Source: Chitinophagaceae bacterium
GTDB lineage: Bacteria > Bacteroidota > Bacteroidia > Chitinophagales > Chitinophagaceae
Direction: 5' to 3'
DNA length: 64,000 bases
NCBI GenBank assembly: GCA_040404045.1
Contig: JBBAJN010000002.1
Coordinates: forward strand, 2,514 to 66,513
Shown here: positions 1-9,737 of the stretch, in pieces
How the letters are laid out: the number at the start of each line of letters is the position of its first letter
Position numbering within the stretch: position 1 is the first letter of the stretch
The notes under the pieces: model-generated
Told to the model about the DNA's origin: nothing
What the model saw: only the letters and a program-made list of their open reading frames with translations
The model's database searches: none
Program-made: the position numbers and the translations under genes

Positions 1-1
1 C

Positions 2-2377
2 AACATTAAAACCAGTGGGAAATACAAGAGTATCGAAGAGATACGGAACACGGTTGTTTACGCGGCCAACGGAAACGTAACGCGCCTGAAAGATATCGCC
101 GATGTTAATTTCTCCGACGATGAACAAAAGCACATCGTAAGATTGAACGGCCATCGTGCCGTACTGGTGACGGCGGCCCAGAAACCCGGACAAAATATCG
201 CCCGTACACAAAAAGCTTATCTTCCTATACTCCAATCATTCGAAAAAACGCTGCCTCCCAATATTGAACTGATCCGAAACTTCGATCAGGCAGACAATGT
301 GGACAGGAGGTTGAGCGGCCTGGGCATCGATTTTCTGATCGCCATCGGCCTGGTGCTGATCACGCTGCTGCCACTCGGAGGCCGCGCTTCCATTGTGGTG
401 ATGGTAGCCATCCCACTCTCTCTGGGCCTGGGTATCGTGGCCCTGAATGCCATGGGTTACTCGCTTAACCAATTGAGCATTGTAGGTTTGGTGGTGGCAC
501 TTGGACTCTTAGTGGACGACAGCATAGTAGTAGTAGAGAATATAGAACGATGGCTCAGGGAAGGACATAATCGTACCTACGCGGCCATCGAAGCCACCAA
601 GCAGATCACCCTTGCGGTGATAGGTTGTACGGCTACACTAATGATCGCTTTCATGCCCATCATTTTTCTGCCCGAAGGATCCGGCGAATTCATCCGAAGC
701 CTGCCACTCGCAGTGGTGGCCACGGTGTTTGCCTCCATGCTGGTGTCACTCACCATCGTACCATTCATGGCAAGCCGGGTATTGAAAGTAAGCCACAACC
801 CCGAAGGAAATATATTCATGCGCGGACTGCGTAAACTGATCAGTGGCAGTTATTCAAAATTGCTCGACAAAGCACTGCAGCGTCCGGTGACTACCGTGCT
901 CATAGCGCTGGGTTTGTTTGTGGCATCCCTGGGGATCTTCAAGATCATCGGATTCAGGATCTTCCCTGCTTCGGAAAAGCCCCAGTTCCTGGTCAACATC
1001 AACATGCCCATCCAAAGCAATATTGAAACCACCAACCTGATGGCGAAGAAAGTGGAGAAGGTATTGGCTAAAGAGCAAAGCATCAGCTATTTCACCACCA
1101 ACGTAGGCAAAGGAAATCCAAGGATCTACTACAATGAGATCCCGGTCAACGAGAAATCGGATTTTGCCCAGATCTATGTGCAGATGGCAAACGATGTGAG
1201 TGCTGTTGATAAAAGAAAGCTGATCGTTCAGCTGCGGGAGAAGTTCGCTTCTATGCCGGGTGCACAAATTGAAGTAAAAGATTTTGAACAAGGTCCTCCT
1301 ATTGAAGCACCCATTGCGGTACGGATCATCGGTGATAACCTGGACACCTTGAAGCACCTGGCAGAAAGGGCTGAAAACATCATGAAGTCGGTCGATGGCG
1401 CCATCTATGTAAATAACGATGTTGGCTTGCTGAAATCAGATCTCCGGCTGAATATCAACACGGAAAAATCCAGAAGCCTGGGTATCCTGACGTCCGATAT
1501 CGATAAAACAGTTAGGCTGGCCATCTCCGGAGTAGAACTGGGACAATATACTAATGAGCAGGGCGACGATTACAATATTGTGGTGAATTCACCCAAAGAC
1601 AAATTTGCCACCTTAGGCACGTTTGACGAGATCTATGTAAACAATGCCGTAGGCACAGCCATACCCCTGAAGCAGGTGGCTGATATCCAGTTTGAATCAT
1701 CTCCCACCACCATCAAACACCTGAACAAGGAACGCTATGTGCTGGTGACTGCGTTCAACAGGGAAGGCGTGCTGGCGGAAAAGATCACAAAAGATTTTAT
1801 GGCACGGGCCGCAGACCTCAAACTGCCCGAAGGCTACCAGATTCAACTGGCGGGCGAAGTGGAAAGCAGTAAAGAGGCATTCGGGGGAAGCTTTGGGACT
1901 GTTGTGATCGCCACCATCTTCCTGTTCATCATGGTGCTGCTGCTCGAATTCAAAACCTTCAAAAGTACACTGATCGTGCTATCCGTTATTCCGCTGGGTA
2001 TGATCGGCGGCGCCATGATGCTATGGTTTACCGGAAACCCACTGTCATTTGTAGCGATCATTGGATTCATTGCCCTGGCCGGCGTGGAAGTGAAGAACTC
2101 GATCCTACTGGTGGATTTTACCAACCAGCTGCGGGAACAAGGCATGGGGCTGGATGAAGCCATCAAAGAGGCCGGCGAGATCCGCTTTCTCCCGATCGTG
2201 TTAACCAGTCTTACTGCCATTGGTGGTCTGACCCCGATCGCACTGAACAGCAATCCCCTGGTGTCACCGCTTGCGTTGGTGATGATCGGCGGCCTGATCT
2301 CGTCAACCATCCTGTCAAGGATCGTTACGCCGGTAGTCTATAAGTTGATTCCACCGCGGATAGAATCGATTAGCTAA
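2..2377 (+). CDS. RND efflux transporter permease subunit (AcrB/AcrD/AcrF family), 5' partial
   Basis: Frame is open from base 2 (NIKTSGKYKSIEEIR...) and runs off the window. Motifs LGLLVDDSIVVVENIER, VEVKNSILLV and RFLPIVLTSLT; alternating TM clusters and periplasmic loops. Confidence 0.95.
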   Translation, partial: NIKTSGKYKSIEEIRNTVVYAANGNVTRLKDIADVNFSDDEQKHIVRLNGHRAVLVTAAQKPGQNIARTQKAYLPILQSFEKTLPPNIELIRNFDQADNVDRRLSGLGIDFLIAIGLVLITLLPLGGRASIVVMVAIPLSLGLGIVALNAMGYSLNQLSIVGLVVALGLLVDDSIVVVENIERWLREGHNRTYAAIEATKQITLAVIGCTATLMIAFMPIIFLPEGSGEFIRSLPLAVVATVFASMLVSLTIVPFMASRVLKVSHNPEGNIFMRGLRKLISGSYSKLLDKALQRPVTTVLIALGLFVASLGIFKIIGFRIFPASEKPQFLVNINMPIQSNIETTNLMAKKVEKVLAKEQSISYFTTNVGKGNPRIYYNEIPVNEKSDFAQIYVQMANDVSAVDKRKLIVQLREKFASMPGAQIEVKDFEQGPPIEAPIAVRIIGDNLDTLKHLAERAENIMKSVDGAIYVNNDVGLLKSDLRLNINTEKSRSLGILTSDIDKTVRLAISGVELGQYTNEQGDDYNIVVNSPKDKFATLGTFDEIYVNNAVGTAIPLKQVADIQFESSPTTIKHLNKERYVLVTAFNREGVLAEKITKDFMARAADLKLPEGYQIQLAGEVESSKEAFGGSFGTVVIATIFLFIMVLLLEFKTFKSTLIVLSVIPLGMIGGAMMLWFTGNPLSFVAIIGFIALAGVEVKNSILLVDFTNQLREQGMGLDEAIKEAGEIRFLPIVLTSLTAIGGLTPIALNSNPLVSPLALVMIGGLISSTILSRIVTPVVYKLIPPRIESIS

Positions 2378-4987
2378 TTACTTCTTAACTCGCTCTATGA
2401 GCTCCACGATGAGCGCTGTCCATCCCGTTTGGTGACTGGCACCGAGGCCTTTGCCGGAGTCGCCATGAAAATATTCATAGAACAGCAGCAGGTCCTCATT
2501 TCCGGGCCTTTTGTAAAACTCTGCATACTCGCCAAATACCGGGCGGCAGGCCTCTTCATCTTTTTCGAAGATTCGGGTGATCCTCTCCGTTAGTTTTGTC
2601 GCGATGTCTTTGAGGTTATACTTTTTGCCGCTGCCGGTAGGGTATTCCACTTTGAGGGAATCGCCATAGAACCTCCCGTAGCGGCGGATGCTTCGGATGA
2701 TGAGGTAGTTCATCGGGATCCAGACAGGGCCCCGCCAGTTGGAGTTGCCACCGAAGAAATCGCTGGTGGAATCCCCGGGATCATATTGAATAGTATGGTC
2801 AACACCGGCGATATGCACGGTATAAGGATTCTTGTCGTAATATTTGGACAGTGCGCGGATCCCGTTGTCTGAAAGAAACTCTTCTTCGTTCAATACCCTT
2901 TTCATCAATGCTTCCAGTCGTTCCCGTGGCAGCAGTGAAACCAGGGTCCTGTCCCGTTCACCATGTTCTTCGTTGGGCCAGAACAAATTGTTTTTCTTCC
3001 TGTACTGTTCAAACCAGTTGATGCGTCTTGAAAAATCTTCGAGCTTATCGATCATTTCCATACGGATGATCGACACGGCAAACAAACTGGTGAGACCTAC
3101 TACGGATTGGATCTTCAACTGTATGGGTGCTGATCCCGAAACAGAAAGTGTATCATAGAAAAACTCGTCTTCCTCATTCCACATGCCATGATGGTTGAGT
3201 GCTTCTGCGATGAGTACAAACTGTTCAAAGAATTTAGTGGCTGTGTCTTCGAAAGTAGGATCGTGCATGGCGATCTCCAGGGCCATATCCAGCAGGTTGA
3301 GCGCGTACATGCCCATCCATGCGGTACCATCCGCCTGTTCAAGATGGCTGTCCCGGAGAGGGGCACTGCGATTGAATACGCCGATGTTATCGAGGCCGAG
3401 AAAGCCTCCTTCGAACATATTGTTACCATTGGGATCTTTCCTGTTGATCCACCAGGTGAAGTTGATCAGTAGTTTATGGAAGGCGCGTTTGAGAAAGTTG
3501 AGATCCCCCTTGCCCTTCATCTCTTTTTCGATCTTATACACTTCCAGGGCGGCCCAGGCCTGAACGGGCGGATTCACGTCTGAAAAATTCCACTCATAGG
3601 CGGGGAGTTGCCCATCCGGCTTCATGTACCATTCGCGCATGATCAGCAAGAGCTGGTGCTTGGCAAATACCGGGTCCACCATGGCCATGGGAATGCATTG
3701 GAAAGCCAGGTCCCAAGCCGCATACCAGGGGAACTCCCATTTGTCCGGCATGGAGATGATATCCTGGTTCTTCAGGTGTTTCCAGTCGTGGTTACGCCCC
3801 CATTTCTTTCCATCGCTCACTGGTGTTATGCCATCCCCCCTGCTGAGCCATCTTTCTACATCAAAATGATAGTACTGTTTACTCCATAATAAACCGGCAA
3901 TGGCTTGCCGTTGAACCTTTCGAATATCAGAATCCGGGGGTGTTGACAGTATGGAGTCATAGAATTCATCCGCCTCTTTTTTCCGGATATCGAACAGTCC
4001 TTTAAAATGGGAGGGGAATGGGTCGGCGGGCGCTTTATCAATTAGTCGCAGGTAGATATCCTGGGTTTCGCCACCCTTGAGGTGCAATTTGTAAACGGGG
4101 GAGAACTTGGTGCCTTGCTTTCGTTTCCTGAGCAGGTGCTTGTTCTTACCGTTGACCACGGCTTCGTTGATGGCATCCTTAGTAAAAATGGTAGTCTGCT
4201 CCTTGCCGGAGACGATCTTGTGGTTGGTTTCGTTTTCTGTAAAATAGATATCGTCGGGTTTCTGGAAATAGAGGTTCCAGCTGCCCAGTCGTTTATGGGT
4301 GGCCCTGACATGGCGATCATCCTTCAGGATAATGGCGGGCTTGCGCGTGTTTTTGTCGTACTGCCAACGGTTATAGAACCAGAGCGTAGGCAAAACGGTG
4401 AGGTCTGCCGCATGGCTACCCCGGTTGGTGAGCCTGATGCGGATGAAGATATCTGTACTGCTGTTTTTGGCGTAAGTGACGTGGGCATCGAAGTATTCGT
4501 CTTTGTCGAAGATCCCGGTATCCAGGATCTCGTACTCAGGCTCCATTCGACTTAACTTCCTGTTTTCCTCCTTGAGCTTTTCGTATGGGAAGGCCTTGTG
4601 GGGATACTTGTAAAGGTATTCCATGTACGAGTGGGTAGGGGTATTATCGAGGTAATAATACAGTTCCTTCACATCCTCGCCGTGATTGCCTTCAAAGTTC
4701 ACGAGGCCAAACAACCGTTCCTTCAGGATCTTATCATGGCCGTTCCAGAAAGCGACGGAAAAACAGAGGTTTTGGAAGTAGTCGGAAATCCCCGCAATGC
4801 CGTCTTCACCCCAGAGATAACTCCGGGCATGGGAATGTTCAAATGGAAAGTAGCGCCAGGCGTCACCATTGTGACTATAATCTTCCCTTACAGTTCCCCA
4901 TTGCCGTTCGGCCAGGTAGGGGCCCCATTGTTCAAGGGGTACTTTTTTCTTTTGGTTTTCTTCAAGTCTACCCGCTTCAGCATTCAT
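2378..4987 (-). CDS. Glycoside hydrolase family 63 / MGH1-like glucosidase (mannosyl/glucosyl-glycerate hydrolase-like)
   Basis: Motifs WGPYLAERQWGTVREDYS, MPDKWEFPWYAAWDLAF, FEGGFLGLDNIGVF and FYEYFHGDSGKGLGASHQTGWT. Likely ATG at 4987 (ORF track starts at TTG 5008). Confidence 0.85.
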   Translation of the reverse strand: MNAEAGRLEENQKKKVPLEQWGPYLAERQWGTVREDYSHNGDAWRYFPFEHSHARSYLWGEDGIAGISDYFQNLCFSVAFWNGHDKILKERLFGLVNFEGNHGEDVKELYYYLDNTPTHSYMEYLYKYPHKAFPYEKLKEENRKLSRMEPEYEILDTGIFDKDEYFDAHVTYAKNSSTDIFIRIRLTNRGSHAADLTVLPTLWFYNRWQYDKNTRKPAIILKDDRHVRATHKRLGSWNLYFQKPDDIYFTENETNHKIVSGKEQTTIFTKDAINEAVVNGKNKHLLRKRKQGTKFSPVYKLHLKGGETQDIYLRLIDKAPADPFPSHFKGLFDIRKKEADEFYDSILSTPPDSDIRKVQRQAIAGLLWSKQYYHFDVERWLSRGDGITPVSDGKKWGRNHDWKHLKNQDIISMPDKWEFPWYAAWDLAFQCIPMAMVDPVFAKHQLLLIMREWYMKPDGQLPAYEWNFSDVNPPVQAWAALEVYKIEKEMKGKGDLNFLKRAFHKLLINFTWWINRKDPNGNNMFEGGFLGLDNIGVFNRSAPLRDSHLEQADGTAWMGMYALNLLDMALEIAMHDPTFEDTATKFFEQFVLIAEALNHHGMWNEEDEFFYDTLSVSGSAPIQLKIQSVVGLTSLFAVSIIRMEMIDKLEDFSRRINWFEQYRKKNNLFWPNEEHGERDRTLVSLLPRERLEALMKRVLNEEEFLSDNGIRALSKYYDKNPYTVHIAGVDHTIQYDPGDSTSDFFGGNSNWRGPVWIPMNYLIIRSIRRYGRFYGDSLKVEYPTGSGKKYNLKDIATKLTERITRIFEKDEEACRPVFGEYAEFYKRPGNEDLLLFYEYFHGDSGKGLGASHQTGWTALIVELIERVKK

Positions 4988-5043
4988 GTGTTGAAAATAC
5001 GCAAACAATCCGAGAGAATAAAGGTAGCCGCCTGGCAGGGGGG

Positions 5044-5083
5044 CAATGAGTCAATTGGCTGATTGGCTAATTAGCTAATTGAG
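5044..5083. repeat. Degenerate 8-bp tandem array (consensus YAATTRGC), 5 units
   Basis: caatgagt-caattggc-tgattggc-taattagc-taattgag. Confidence 0.8.
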
Positions 5084-5213
5084 GAGAACGATACCCGAAA
5101 ATTGTCAAAACCACTAAAGTTGTCTAATTCAGCCATGGTAAAAGGTTTGGAATTCAATACAAACCCGTTGGGCATTGAATTAGACGCTTACTCTCACAAT
5201 CCAGACTTTTGAG

Positions 5214-5561
5214 ATGATTCAAATTCTCACATATGGCCAAAATAAGAAGATGTCGGAGGCCGAAGCCTGTCTCTGGAACAACCTGTTGAAAGACAGAAAG
5301 ATGCTGGGATTCTCGTTCGACAGGAGGATTGAGGTGCTTGATCAGAATGCTGCGTTTCTGTGCCTTGAGCTGCGGCTGATCATTGAGATCGACTCCAGCG
5401 GGGGTTATAAAAAAGAAGAAAGCAGAGAAAAATCTGAAATGGAATTCCTTTTCAGGTTAGGAGGATACAGTGTACTCCGTTTCACAGAGTCAGAGATTCT
5501 CAATAACATGGAAAAGGTAAAATCAATGATCAAGGAATGGATCGTGCTCAATGGAAATTGA
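5214..5561 (+). CDS. DUF559 / Vsr-like endonuclease-domain protein, apparently catalytically degenerate
   Basis: Family pattern MSEAEACLW...GFSFDR...FLCLELRLIIEID...GGYSVLRFTESEILNN. The usual xDF Asp and the E-x-D-G-x-x-H His are not present. Confidence 0.65.
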   Translation: MIQILTYGQNKKMSEAEACLWNNLLKDRKMLGFSFDRRIEVLDQNAAFLCLELRLIIEIDSSGGYKKEESREKSEMEFLFRLGGYSVLRFTESEILNNMEKVKSMIKEWIVLNGN

Positions 5562-6827
5562 TCACATCCGTCCTTTCATCATCATGTTCCAGTACAGCCA
5601 TGGTAAACCGTATTTTTTCAACACCCACATGCTCCACCGTTCTTTAGAGGTATCTACAAATTTGGAGAGCAAGGGATCGCTATCCCTCACATTATCATAC
5701 TTGAATTCGCAGAGCAACATCTTACCGTAACCGGTAACTATGGGGCAGGAGGAATATCCTTCATAGACTTTTTCGCTCAACGGCAGGCTCTGCAGGATGC
5801 GGAGGACGTTTTCCACCACGATGGGCGCCTGCTTGCGTATCGCTGCTCCGGTTTTTGCCGTTGGCAAGGCGGCAGAATCACCCAGGCCAAACACGTTCTT
5901 ATAGTGCGGGTGCTGCAGGGTGTGAATATCAACATTCATCCAGCCTTTGTTAGGTCCTTCCTGATGCGCAAATGGTGACTGCTTAATAAAGTCCGGCGCA
6001 CTCTGCGGAGGAGCGAGATGCAGCATGTCGTAGTGCATAGTAATCAGATTATCGCCGCCCAGTTTCTCACCTAGTTTGACATCAAGGTCAGCTTCAGATC
6101 TTTTTGTGTCGGGCTTGATATATTGAAAGGTGATCTCCTGCTTAACAGGGTCAATACTTATGGGTTTATAAAACGGTTTGAAGTTTACGCGCTTCTTTTT
6201 CAGAATACGGTTCAACTCATCAGCAAATACCTTGGTACCAAAGATCACGGTACCCGGTGTTGCAAATACCACATTTGTTTTATCCCTCACGCCCGACTTC
6301 TCAAAATACTCTTCTGCCAGGTACATGATCTTTTGCGGAGCGCCACCGCAGCGTATGGGTGTAGCGGGTTGGGTGAAGATGGCGTTACCTCCCTTGAAAT
6401 CCTTCAGGATCCTGAATGTCTTCTCTGGATCGATATAGTTGCTGCATACCACATCTGTTTTCAATGCTTCACGTAATCCGGGCATGGCGTCAATATCCAT
6501 TTGAATACCTGCGCTGATGATCATGGCGTCGTAAGATATATCCCCACTGCCCTTTGTAGCTACTTGATTTGACTCGGGGTCAAAGCTTGTTACATAGTCC
6601 TTGATCCATTCAACACCAGGCGGGATGAGTTTCTTTTCATCCTTCTTTGTATCGTTGAAATTAAAAGCACCCGCGCCAACAAGCGTCCATGCTGGCTGGT
6701 AGTAATGCGTTGTATTGGGTTCAACAATCGCGATTTTGAGATTCTTATTTTTTCTGCGCAGCTGTGCAGCTGTCATGATACCTCCGGTTCCGCCACCGAC
6801 CACCAGGACATTGTAATGGGATTTCAT
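5562..6827 (-). CDS. sqr: Sulfide:quinone oxidoreductase (heterotroph-type SQR)
   Basis: Rossmann VVGGGTGG, HYYQPAWTLVGAG, cysteine motifs CGGAPQK and YSSCP, GDSAALPTAKTGAAIRKQ; sulfur-cluster context. Confidence 0.88.
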   Translation of the reverse strand: MKSHYNVLVVGGGTGGIMTAAQLRRKNKNLKIAIVEPNTTHYYQPAWTLVGAGAFNFNDTKKDEKKLIPPGVEWIKDYVTSFDPESNQVATKGSGDISYDAMIISAGIQMDIDAMPGLREALKTDVVCSNYIDPEKTFRILKDFKGGNAIFTQPATPIRCGGAPQKIMYLAEEYFEKSGVRDKTNVVFATPGTVIFGTKVFADELNRILKKKRVNFKPFYKPISIDPVKQEITFQYIKPDTKRSEADLDVKLGEKLGGDNLITMHYDMLHLAPPQSAPDFIKQSPFAHQEGPNKGWMNVDIHTLQHPHYKNVFGLGDSAALPTAKTGAAIRKQAPIVVENVLRILQSLPLSEKVYEGYSSCPIVTGYGKMLLCEFKYDNVRDSDPLLSKFVDTSKERWSMWVLKKYGLPWLYWNMMMKGRM

Positions 6828-6846
6828 AATGATGTATTTGATACCT

Positions 6847-6891
6847 GCAAGATAGAAAGGGGAGCGGTGTTAAATAGTGACAGATATCACA
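6847..6891 (-). promoter_or_regulatory. sqr promoter: CRP-like box AGTGA-CAGATA-TCACA (6876-6891) and -7 element TATCTTGC (6854-6847)
   Basis: Near-palindromic TGTGA-N6-TCACA match 22 nt from a Bacteroidota -7-type element; same geometry at three other cluster promoters. Confidence 0.75.
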
Positions 6892-6908
6892 ATACAATCA
6901 GCCAATAC

Positions 6909-8729
6909 TTACCGGAACTGATAATCGTATCCTTCGAGCTGGGTGAGTAAGGTCTGTGGTTCGTCGGTGGCGGTCATACGGCCTTCGATCTTAGGAGCAA
7001 CCGGTGAATGCGCCGCCAGGTATTCGCGGATGATGGGATGAAGTGAGTAGCCGAGCCTGGTGGGATTTAAAACGTTTTCGATTCTGCAAATCATATCATC
7101 AGGATCTCCATCACGCTCACAGGCCACAATACGATACATTTTACTTTTATCAAGGGGTTGGCCCTGCACTTTTACCCAATTCACGCGCTTACCTTTTTCA
7201 TTGCCAGCGGTAATGTTCACCTCCATTCCTGAATACCTCACCACCCAACCACCAAATCTTTCAGATGCTTTCTTTGCAAAAACATTATGCAATTCCTTTT
7301 CCAACCATTGCAACAATTTCTCGCCAGTGATTTCGCCCGACTTAGCCTCGCTGTCCACTGGCAACATGTTCCATAAAAAATCATTGGTGATCTCGCGGGT
7401 ACCTTTTTTATCATCTACCACCAGGGGAGGACAGAACCTGAATCCATTGCTCAATGCAATGTCCGGCTTGAACTTCCAGAAGATCGCATCCGTGATCAGG
7501 TTGTCCATGGTATTTTCCAGCACAAAATACCTGACCAGGGTGTTCTTTGTGCTGCCGATCACTTTATCCAAATCTTTCTTAAATGGTTCCCTGGCTTTTC
7601 TAACCAATTCAACCATCTCAGGATCTGGCTTATACTTCAACGGATCCACTTCCAACAGTTTGTACTGGGTCTCCTTCACCTTTCCGTCTTCAATGATGAC
7701 GTCAAGTTTGGCTACAAAAGAACCAAATGCGCCCGGCTCCGTGACTTTGGTATATTTTGCCTCTATGGGTTTCCTTACCCGCTCGTGGGTATCTGCTCCA
7801 AGAATGAAATCAGCTCCTTCCACCGCCGGGTTGTTTCCAAGGTCCAGCTGCTGTGCTATCCCCAGGTGAGTGACCAGAAACACCATGCTACATTTTTCAT
7901 AATCCCTGAGATAACGAATGTACTTAGCCACATTGGTCTCAGGGTGTGTGAATTTTATTCCAGCTGAATAGGCGGGAGATTGCCGTCTGGGGGTTAGGGG
8001 ATCATTGTATCCAATAAACCCGATCTTGGTCTGGCCAAAATGCGTGGTCCAGTAGGGCGGGAACATCATTTCGCCTTTTCGTTCGGTATCGTCATGGAAC
8101 ATATTGGCGCAGATCTTCTGGGCCTGGTAACCGCCCATGTCTTTCATGAGGTTCTCCTTGCCATATACTACTTCCCAGTTTCCCGGCAGGATCAGATCGT
8201 AGTCGATATTATTAATGAGGGGAACAATGGCCCGGCCTTCGGTAAGGGAAGCCACGCCAGAACCCTGGAAGCAATCGCCCCCATCAATGATCAGGGTGTT
8301 TGCCGGATTTTCCGCTTTCAAAGTTCTCAGCATGGTCTTCAGCGTTGCGAAACCACCGAGTTTCCGATACGTTGCTTTGCCATTCTCCCAGAAAAACTCG
8401 TCGTGCGTGTTCAGCTGTGCGTGGATATCCGCGGTATGCAACAGGGTGATCCGCTGCACTTTCCCCTGCGCCAGCGCGGAAGATTTCTTCCATGACGCTT
8501 CATCTGACAGCTCGTTCCCCTGAGCAGAAGCGATCTGCGGTATGCCGGCCATACCCAGGCCAGCGAGCGACATCTTTTTCAGAAAATCCCGACGATCTGT
8601 GCCGGGGTCACGGCCATGATCCGGGTTCGTTCCCTCGATTCCCTGCTTCTCTACGTGAGCTTGTTTAGAATTCGCAAGATCCGTCCCATGGAGAGTGATG
8701 TTATCGTTTGCATGATGGTGCTGACACAT
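6909..8729 (-). CDS. Tat-exported SoxB-like thiosulfohydrolase (5'-nucleotidase/metallophosphoesterase fold)
   Basis: Twin-arginine signal TDRRDFLKK. Metallophosphoesterase motifs LHTADIHAQL, DGGDCFQGS, PGNWEVVYG, GADTHER, and SoxB-like SNGFRF instead of nucleotidase NxGGIR. Sulfur-gene context. Start uncertain. Confidence 0.75.
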   Translation of the reverse strand: MCQHHHANDNITLHGTDLANSKQAHVEKQGIEGTNPDHGRDPGTDRRDFLKKMSLAGLGMAGIPQIASAQGNELSDEASWKKSSALAQGKVQRITLLHTADIHAQLNTHDEFFWENGKATYRKLGGFATLKTMLRTLKAENPANTLIIDGGDCFQGSGVASLTEGRAIVPLINNIDYDLILPGNWEVVYGKENLMKDMGGYQAQKICANMFHDDTERKGEMMFPPYWTTHFGQTKIGFIGYNDPLTPRRQSPAYSAGIKFTHPETNVAKYIRYLRDYEKCSMVFLVTHLGIAQQLDLGNNPAVEGADFILGADTHERVRKPIEAKYTKVTEPGAFGSFVAKLDVIIEDGKVKETQYKLLEVDPLKYKPDPEMVELVRKAREPFKKDLDKVIGSTKNTLVRYFVLENTMDNLITDAIFWKFKPDIALSNGFRFCPPLVVDDKKGTREITNDFLWNMLPVDSEAKSGEITGEKLLQWLEKELHNVFAKKASERFGGWVVRYSGMEVNITAGNEKGKRVNWVKVQGQPLDKSKMYRIVACERDGDPDDMICRIENVLNPTRLGYSLHPIIREYLAAHSPVAPKIEGRMTATDEPQTLLTQLEGYDYQFR

Positions 8730-8780
8730 GTGAAGAGGGGTTTTGAAATGAATGAGAGGCGGGTAGTTTTTTCGCCCGTT

Positions 8781-9737
8781 TTACCTGGCTTTTGGCCACG
8801 GGCCATATTTATGCTGTTGTTCACTCAGGCTATCTGCATAAGGACCAAATGGATGGTCGCGGGGCTTTTTGGAAATATCCGGCCAGTCTTTCGACAGATC
8901 CTTGGTTGGCCGCGGCATGGAGTTGATATACGCGGCTACATCCCAGGACTGTTCATCGGTAAGTACCTGGTTCTTATAACTCGCCGTGCCAAAAGGCATG
9001 TTGTACTTCACAAAACCGGCTAAACGGGACAGGCGGTAAAGCCCTGCCCCCACATTATAACTGCCCTTACCCCAAACAGGCGGATATACGTACCCGAACC
9101 CTTCCGCGTTCGGTTGTCCTTCTCCGTTAGCACCATGACAAACCTTACACTGCTGGGTATACACCAATTCACCCTTTGCCGGATCAGCAGGTCTGTCAAG
9201 CGGTTTTAGATCCGGGATACCTGAACCCCTGGGTTTTGTTTTCGCGGGGATCTCATCGCCCACCCAATGCATGTAGGCCACGATGGCTTTCATCTCCTTA
9301 CTGTTGGTATCCAGGGCCTTCCCGTTGAGGCTTCTTTCCATGCAATCGTTCACCCGCTTCGGGATGGTTTCGATACCGCCGCTCCTGGCCCTGAACATGG
9401 GATAATTGGCCACTACGGCACTATAGTTATTCCCATATGGCAGGGTGCCTGCGCCCAGATGACAGTTCTGGCAATTCATGCCATTGGTCAGTGGTGCTAC
9501 CTTCCCTTTTGGACCAAGGTAATAGGACGTATTTGAAATGAGCTCATAACCGTAATTCGCCAGCGTATCCTCTGGTTTGATCTGATACTTGTTCCAGCCC
9601 TGCCATGGCGCTTCCTCAGGCTGGGCAAGCGATGGCACATCAGCCTTGTTGTTACAGGCGGGGATCATGAGCGCTGTAACGCCATACAACCCAGCGAGCA
9701 AAAGAGGACCTATTCCATATTGCAGGAGCCTTGTCAT
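8781..9737 (-). CDS. tsdA: Thiosulfate dehydrogenase / tetrathionate reductase TsdA, diheme cytochrome c, probable lipoprotein
   Basis: Two CxxCH motifs (CQNCH, CKVCH), active-site Cys in RVNDCMERSLNG, PPVWGKGSYNVGAG, heme-2 ligand region KYNMP, WDVAAY. Lipobox-like IPA/C after a hydrophobic leader. Confidence 0.82.
   Translation of the reverse strand: MTRLLQYGIGPLLLAGLYGVTALMIPACNNKADVPSLAQPEEAPWQGWNKYQIKPEDTLANYGYELISNTSYYLGPKGKVAPLTNGMNCQNCHLGAGTLPYGNNYSAVVANYPMFRARSGGIETIPKRVNDCMERSLNGKALDTNSKEMKAIVAYMHWVGDEIPAKTKPRGSGIPDLKPLDRPADPAKGELVYTQQCKVCHGANGEGQPNAEGFGYVYPPVWGKGSYNVGAGLYRLSRLAGFVKYNMPFGTASYKNQVLTDEQSWDVAAYINSMPRPTKDLSKDWPDISKKPRDHPFGPYADSLSEQQHKYGPWPKAR

Noticed and set aside
5044-5083. 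8-bp arrays as CRISPR or simple microsatellite
   Set aside because: No spacers, units are too short, and no cas genes are present; units are too degenerate for an active slippage microsatellite. Kept as a separate repeat finding.
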